NCBI GenBank assembly: GCA_963664825.1
Contig: OY761614.1
Span: 3,232,001 to 3,296,000, forward strand
From: an uncultured Holophaga sp.
GTDB lineage: Bacteria; Acidobacteriota; Holophagae; Holophagales; Holophagaceae
Length of the DNA stretch: 64,000 bases
Direction: 5' to 3'
Notes under the pieces: generated by a model
The model's database searches: none
What the model saw: the letters and a program-made list of their open reading frames with translations, nothing else
Told to the model about the DNA's origin: nothing
Position numbers and translations under genes: made by a program
Shown here: positions 59,465-64,000 of the stretch, piece by piece
Numbering within the stretch: position 1 is the stretch's first letter
Layout: the number at the start of each line of letters is the position of its first letter

Positions 59465-60220
59465 ATGCTCTTTAGCCTCCAGAAGACGCTGGCGATGCTC
59501 GTCATGCCCCTGGGGCTGGTGTGGGTCCTGCTCGCCGGGATGACGCTCTGGAGCCAGAAACTCCGCAGGCCCGCCTTCACGGCGGGCCTCGGCTTTCTGT
59601 GGATCCTCCTGGCCCTGGCCGGGAATCCCTGGGTGGGACGGCGCATGATGGCCCACCTGGAACAGCAAATCCCGACACCGGATTTGGAGCGCGGCCCCGT
59701 CCTGGACGCCATCTGCGTGTTGGGAGGCGGCACGGAGCTGGACGCCCAGGGACGCCCCCACTTCGGCATCTCCGGGGACCGTCTCGCCGAAGCCGCGAGG
59801 CTCTGGCATTCCGGGCGTGCGCGCTGCCTGGTGGCCAGCGGGCGGGGCAACGATGGCCTGCACGGCGACCGAGATCTGGCCCAGGAGACGCGCACCCTGT
59901 GGATGGGCCTGGGAGTGCCCGCGGCGGCCATCCGCGTGGTGGAGACCCCCTGCTTCATCACACGGGACGAGATCGCCGCCTATCGCGCCATGAGCGAACA
60001 GCAGCACTGGGGGCGGGTGGGGCTCCTGAGTTCCGCCTGGCATCTGCCGAGGGCCATGAGCCTGGCCCGGAAGGCCCGCCTCGACGCCATGGCCCTGCCC
60101 TGCGATTTCCAAGGGAGGCCCCGCCGCTTCCGCCCCCAGGAGTTGGTGCCCCAGATGGAAGGCCTCCGTCTCACCCAATTGGCCGCCTGGGAGATGCTGG
60201 GGCAGATGGTGGGGCGCTAG
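59465..60220 (+). CDS. YdcF/ElyC (DUF218) family membrane protein
   Basis: Two N-terminal TM helices, [17 protein letters not shown]. Confidence 0.82.
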   Translation: MLFSLQKTLAMLVMPLGLVWVLLAGMTLWSQKLRRPAFTAGLGFLWILLALAGNPWVGRRMMAHLEQQIPTPDLERGPVLDAICVLGGGTELDAQGRPHFGISGDRLAEAARLWHSGRARCLVASGRGNDGLHGDRDLAQETRTLWMGLGVPAAAIRVVETPCFITRDEIAAYRAMSEQQHWGRVGLLSSAWHLPRAMSLARKARLDAMALPCDFQGRPRRFRPQELVPQMEGLRLTQLAAWEMLGQMVGR

Positions 60221-60280
60221 GCACTCTGCTCCAGCCAAGGATCCCTTGCATCCCGCCAGGGCCCATGCTGATCTGGATCC

Positions 60281-61417
60281 ATGCTGCGAGCCACGCTCTT
60301 CATCAGCCTTGCGCTCCTGGTCTTGGGAGGCGCCTTCACCTACATGGCCCGGCGCTCCATGGCGCTCTGTCCCGCCCTGGCCCGCCATCCACGCATGATC
60401 TGGGGTTTCTTCGGGCTCTTTCTCGCGCTCCTGTTCCTGGTGCCCCTGGTCAATCGCCTGGTGGATCACCGGGCGGATTTCCTCTACTGGTTGAGCTACG
60501 GGCTCTTCAGCTTTGTTTCCACCTATCTGGTCTATCTGGCGGCGGCCGATCTCCTACGGTTCCTACTGCGCCGCCTGGTCCACGCCCCCCAAGGCCTCGG
60601 GCTCTGGGCCTTCCAAATCGCCTTGTGCGCCGCGATGCTTTCGGTCCTGATCGGCCTGGTGACGGCCCTGCGCCCTCCGGCCCTCAAGGAGGTGAACGTG
60701 CCCATTCCGGCTCTTCCCTCAGGGCTGGAAGGATTGCGCATCGTGCAGATCTCGGACCTGCATCTGGGTCCTCTCGTTTCCAGGGCCCAGGTGGACGGTC
60801 TCGTGGCCCGCACCAACGCGCTCCATCCCGATCTCATCGTTTTCACCGGGGATCTGGTGGATGGGGAGACCGATGGCGTGAAGGGCAAGGTCGAGGCCAT
60901 GGGAGCCCTGAGGGCGGCTCATGGGGTGTATTTCGTCACGGGCAACCACGAATACTATTCCGGCATCGCCAAGTGGATCCCCATCATCCAGGGCCTGGGC
61001 TGGAGGATGCTGAACAATGAACATGTAATGATCGAACGGAAAGGCGCCCGACTCGCGGTGGCGGGCCTGCCCGACCCTGCCGCCCGCGGCCGACGCGGCA
61101 GCACCAAGGGGCCGGATCTGGCGAAGGCCCTGGCGGGCCTGCCCTTGGACGCCACCAAGATCCTACTCTTCCACCCGCCCACCGGTTATGAAGCCGCCGA
61201 AAAGGCAGGGGTGCGGCTCCAACTCTCCGGTCACACCCACGCAGGCCAGTACTTCCCCTGGAGCCTCCTGGTGCAGTCCCTCTACCGCTTCCCCAAGGGA
61301 CTGCACCGCTTCGGGGGCATGTGGATCTACACCAGCGTCGGCACGGGGTTCTGGGGGCCTCCCAACCGCTTCCTGGTGCCGCCGGAACTGACGTTGCTCA
61401 TTCTGGAGCGCGCCTGA
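60281..61417 (+). CDS. Membrane-anchored metallophosphoesterase (YkuE/YaeI-like)
   Basis: ISDLH, TGDLVD, GNHE, SGHTH motifs after N-terminal TM helices. Confidence 0.9.
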   Translation: MLRATLFISLALLVLGGAFTYMARRSMALCPALARHPRMIWGFFGLFLALLFLVPLVNRLVDHRADFLYWLSYGLFSFVSTYLVYLAAADLLRFLLRRLVHAPQGLGLWAFQIALCAAMLSVLIGLVTALRPPALKEVNVPIPALPSGLEGLRIVQISDLHLGPLVSRAQVDGLVARTNALHPDLIVFTGDLVDGETDGVKGKVEAMGALRAAHGVYFVTGNHEYYSGIAKWIPIIQGLGWRMLNNEHVMIERKGARLAVAGLPDPAARGRRGSTKGPDLAKALAGLPLDATKILLFHPPTGYEAAEKAGVRLQLSGHTHAGQYFPWSLLVQSLYRFPKGLHRFGGMWIYTSVGTGFWGPPNRFLVPPELTLLILERA

Positions 61418-61516
61418 GGATGACCTCCCGGGAGCATGGAGGTGTTAGACATTTGTCTTCATGCGATTATTATCCATTACTCGACAACCCACCTTGCCCG
61501 GGGCAAAAGCTGGCTT

Positions 61517-61533
61517 TTGGGATGGGAATTGCC
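61517..61533 (+). promoter_or_regulatory. Possible sigma54 promoter
   Basis: TTGGGATGGGAATTGCC: GG-N10-GC with TTGC at -12; one mismatch in the TGGCA box. Confidence 0.3.
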
Positions 61534-61645
61534 TACGCTTGGAGTGCTCCATCGCGCGGAATATTACACTTCTCAACCAAGTATAAGAGGATAGATCCCA
61601 GGTCTCGGGTATCAGACAACCCCCAGCTATACAGGAGGAAGGACC

Positions 61646-63034
61646 ATGGCGAACCCGAATCCCTTTATGGCACCGAAATCGCCCTCGGTTGAGGATGAGG
61701 ACCCCCTGTCCCCGTCTGATGTGCTCGCCGGCGAAAATTACCCAGAATTGAAACTGCGGATGCCCTCGGAGGCCAAGGGCCGGGACGCCGCTCCTCCCGC
61801 AGTCCGGCAGGAGGATGAGAATCTCCCCGGTGAGACCGAAGAGGGCCCGGCCCAGGAGCGTTCCCCGGAGGCCTGGCAAGCGCATCTGGTCCAGTTCCTG
61901 AAAGAGGGCCGGATCTCGGTCTTCACCCGGGGCGCCGAGCAACTGATGGAAGGCCTCGAATCCGATCGGATCGAGACCCGCCGCTGGTCCCTGGAGACCA
62001 TCCGGGCCCTGGCCGAGGCCGATACCCATGCCCTCATTCCCCTCGCCACTCTCGCCCTCTTTCTCGGCGCCACGGGACGCTGCCTGAACACCGAAGCCGA
62101 CGAGGCCCTTCAAACCCTGGCCGAGGACTGCACGGCCCTGCTGCTGGGAGCGGTGGCGACCGCGGGAGACCTGGAGGGGGCCTGCAGCCAGCTGGCGCGG
62201 ATCATCCGCTACGCCGGGGCTGGGGGGCCCGCACTGCGGAAGCGCCTTCTCGCCTCGAAGGATCTGGGCCTCATCCCCCTGCGTCGCTATTTCAGGGAAG
62301 GCCGCGCCATTCTGGAGAGCCTCATCCTGCCCCTATTCCGAATGGCGGGCTCGGACGGCTGCCGCGGCCTGATCCGGCACCTGGAGGGCGAAGAAAACCG
62401 CCAGCGCCGGAGCCGCATCCTGGAGCTCCTGAAGGCGCTGGGGCCCATGAGCGGCGAACCGGTGAAGGAGGCCCTGGGCGCGGAGGCCTGGTACCTGGTC
62501 CGCAACGGCCTGAACCTGCTGGGGGAGCTCGGGGATCCGGATTCCTTCGAGACCGCCAGCCGCTTCCTGGAACACCCGGATCTCCGCATCCGCCGGGCCG
62601 CCATGCGGGCCTTCTGGAAGACGGGGGGGCTCCGCGCGGCTCCCTATCTCGTCGATCTCCTGCCCCGGTGCGACCCGGAAACCCAGGGCGATATCCTGGT
62701 GGGCCTGGCCCAAATCCGCGCCTCCTCGGCCGTGCCCGCCATCGCGGGCTTCGCCCTCCAGGCCGAGGAAGCCCTCCGGGTCAAGGCCATCGAGGCCCTG
62801 GGCCAATTGGGGCAGACGAGCGCCCTTCCCGCGCTGGCGGGGTTCCTGGAACAGAAGGGGCGGCTCCACAAGATCCGGCAATCCGCGCCCGTGCGGGAAG
62901 CCGCCGCCAAGGCACTGGTGGCCCTCGGAACCCCCGAGGCCCATGGCGTCCTAGCCCAGGCCATCCAGGAAGCGCCCCGGAATGGGGACCGGGAGACCCT
63001 TCAAAAGATCCTGGGCTCGCGCACCTGGGCCTGA
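61646..63034 (+). CDS. HEAT-repeat protein
   Basis: WYLVRN...LGELG, HPDLRIRRAA, LRVKAIEALG, VREAAAKAL repeats; AGGAGG RBS. Confidence 0.85.
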   Translation: MANPNPFMAPKSPSVEDEDPLSPSDVLAGENYPELKLRMPSEAKGRDAAPPAVRQEDENLPGETEEGPAQERSPEAWQAHLVQFLKEGRISVFTRGAEQLMEGLESDRIETRRWSLETIRALAEADTHALIPLATLALFLGATGRCLNTEADEALQTLAEDCTALLLGAVATAGDLEGACSQLARIIRYAGAGGPALRKRLLASKDLGLIPLRRYFREGRAILESLILPLFRMAGSDGCRGLIRHLEGEENRQRRSRILELLKALGPMSGEPVKEALGAEAWYLVRNGLNLLGELGDPDSFETASRFLEHPDLRIRRAAMRAFWKTGGLRAAPYLVDLLPRCDPETQGDILVGLAQIRASSAVPAIAGFALQAEEALRVKAIEALGQLGQTSALPALAGFLEQKGRLHKIRQSAPVREAAAKALVALGTPEAHGVLAQAIQEAPRNGDRETLQKILGSRTWA

Positions 63035-63140
63035 ATTCTGTGCAGTTGGTCCCGGAATAGCGCATCATCGGCGGGTTGGCAAAAACGACCCGCGTGGTCT
63101 GCCGTACAATGTCCTGGATATCCATGGAGGTCGACCCGAG

Positions 63141-63824
63141 GTGATTGGCGTATTGAAGCCCTGGCGCGAGGCCTGCGAGGCGGGCCTGCGGGCCCACTCC
63201 GAAGCCGATGCCATCCGGTTCTGGAGGGTGTCCCACGAAACCGAGGAAGGCCCCCAGGCCATCTTCGATTACCGCTTCGAGCACACCCTCGCGGTGGTGA
63301 AGCTGGCCCGCTGGCTCGCCCAGCGGACCGGCGCTGATCTGGAGATCCTCGAGTGCGGAGCCTGGCTCCACGATTGCCGCAAGCTGCTCAACACCCCCGG
63401 CGGCAAGGACACCCACGCCCGGGACGCCGCCGAGGCGCTGGAGGGCATTCTCGAGGGTTCGGATTTCCCCGTCGCCAAGCTCCCGGCGGTGAAGCAGGCC
63501 ATCCTCCAGCATGTGGGTCTGAGCCTTGCGCACCCCTTGGAGCCCCTGGAGGCCGCCTGCCTGTGGGATGCCGATAAGCTGAGCAAGCTCGGAGCGGCCA
63601 GCCTGGTTCACTTCGGCTGCATCAGCGGAGGCTTCGGCCCCGTCGACACCGCCCATATCCTGGAACGGGGCCAGCGCTGGCTCGAACTCGCCCGGGGCAT
63701 CACGGAGAGTCTGAACACCCCCATCGCTCGCGAAGAAGGCCAGCGCCGTTACCGCTTCCTCGTCCAGCACTACGCCCAGCTGCGGCGGGAGTGGAGCGAC
63801 CCCATGCAGGAGAGCCTGCCGTGA
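63141..63824 (+). CDS. HD-domain phosphohydrolase (start uncertain)
   Basis: EHTLAV...LHDC...H...QH...DADKL. Confidence 0.82.
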   Translation: MIGVLKPWREACEAGLRAHSEADAIRFWRVSHETEEGPQAIFDYRFEHTLAVVKLARWLAQRTGADLEILECGAWLHDCRKLLNTPGGKDTHARDAAEALEGILEGSDFPVAKLPAVKQAILQHVGLSLAHPLEPLEAACLWDADKLSKLGAASLVHFGCISGGFGPVDTAHILERGQRWLELARGITESLNTPIAREEGQRRYRFLVQHYAQLRREWSDPMQESLP

Positions 63825-64000
63825 ACTTCATCGACCTCGTGCAGGCCCTGCAAATGACCCTCAAGGCCCTGCAGATGTACACCGATGCCCACCCCCGGGC
63901 CCAGGAATCCCTGGGCATCCTGGCCCAGGGCCTGTCCGACTGGCTGGAGGAGAAACCCTCCCTCCACATCGCCACCTCCGGCGGCAAGCTCTTCCTGGAC
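63821..64000 (+). CDS. 5' part of a CDS running off the window (possibly a HEAT/HD-associated family)
   Basis: GTG overlaps the HD stop (GTGA); open frame MNFIDLVQALQMTLKALQMYTDAHP... Confidence 0.65.
   Translation, partial: MNFIDLVQALQMTLKALQMYTDAHPRAQESLGILAQGLSDWLEEKPSLHIATSGGKLFLD

Overview
High-GC chromosomal window of mostly housekeeping genes. It is probably from an anaerobic Acidobacteriota (Holophagae-like) organism; this is an inference from gene content and was not tested. The left part holds sdhCAB, a long K+-independent membrane pyrophosphatase, pyrD, prfC, rne-ZIP-lptD, a PleD-like diguanylate cyclase, trxB and recJ-lptC/A-lptB-rpoN-hpf. An intact ISL3 with 8-bp target duplications sits after hpf, followed by mqnC and PBP1A. 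The middle holds a small islet at tRNA-Gln bounded by tRNA-derived repeats, then spoVG, kdsD with a fused lptFG, pilT, a polyprenyl synthase, yajQ and udk. The right part holds tdh-kbl, guaA-serpin, an Lnu(B)-like nucleotidyltransferase, an MFS transporter, a hut cluster (hutU-G-C / hutH, with a HutC operator but no hutI) and a HEAT/HD operon. No CRISPR, prophage or rRNA was seen. The best leads are a candidate structured ncRNA at about 20.9-21.0 kb, the tRNA-Gln repeat/islet system, the fused Lpt components and a lipid-anchored TPR-GspG protein. All calls come from manual reading of the sequence; no database searches were run.
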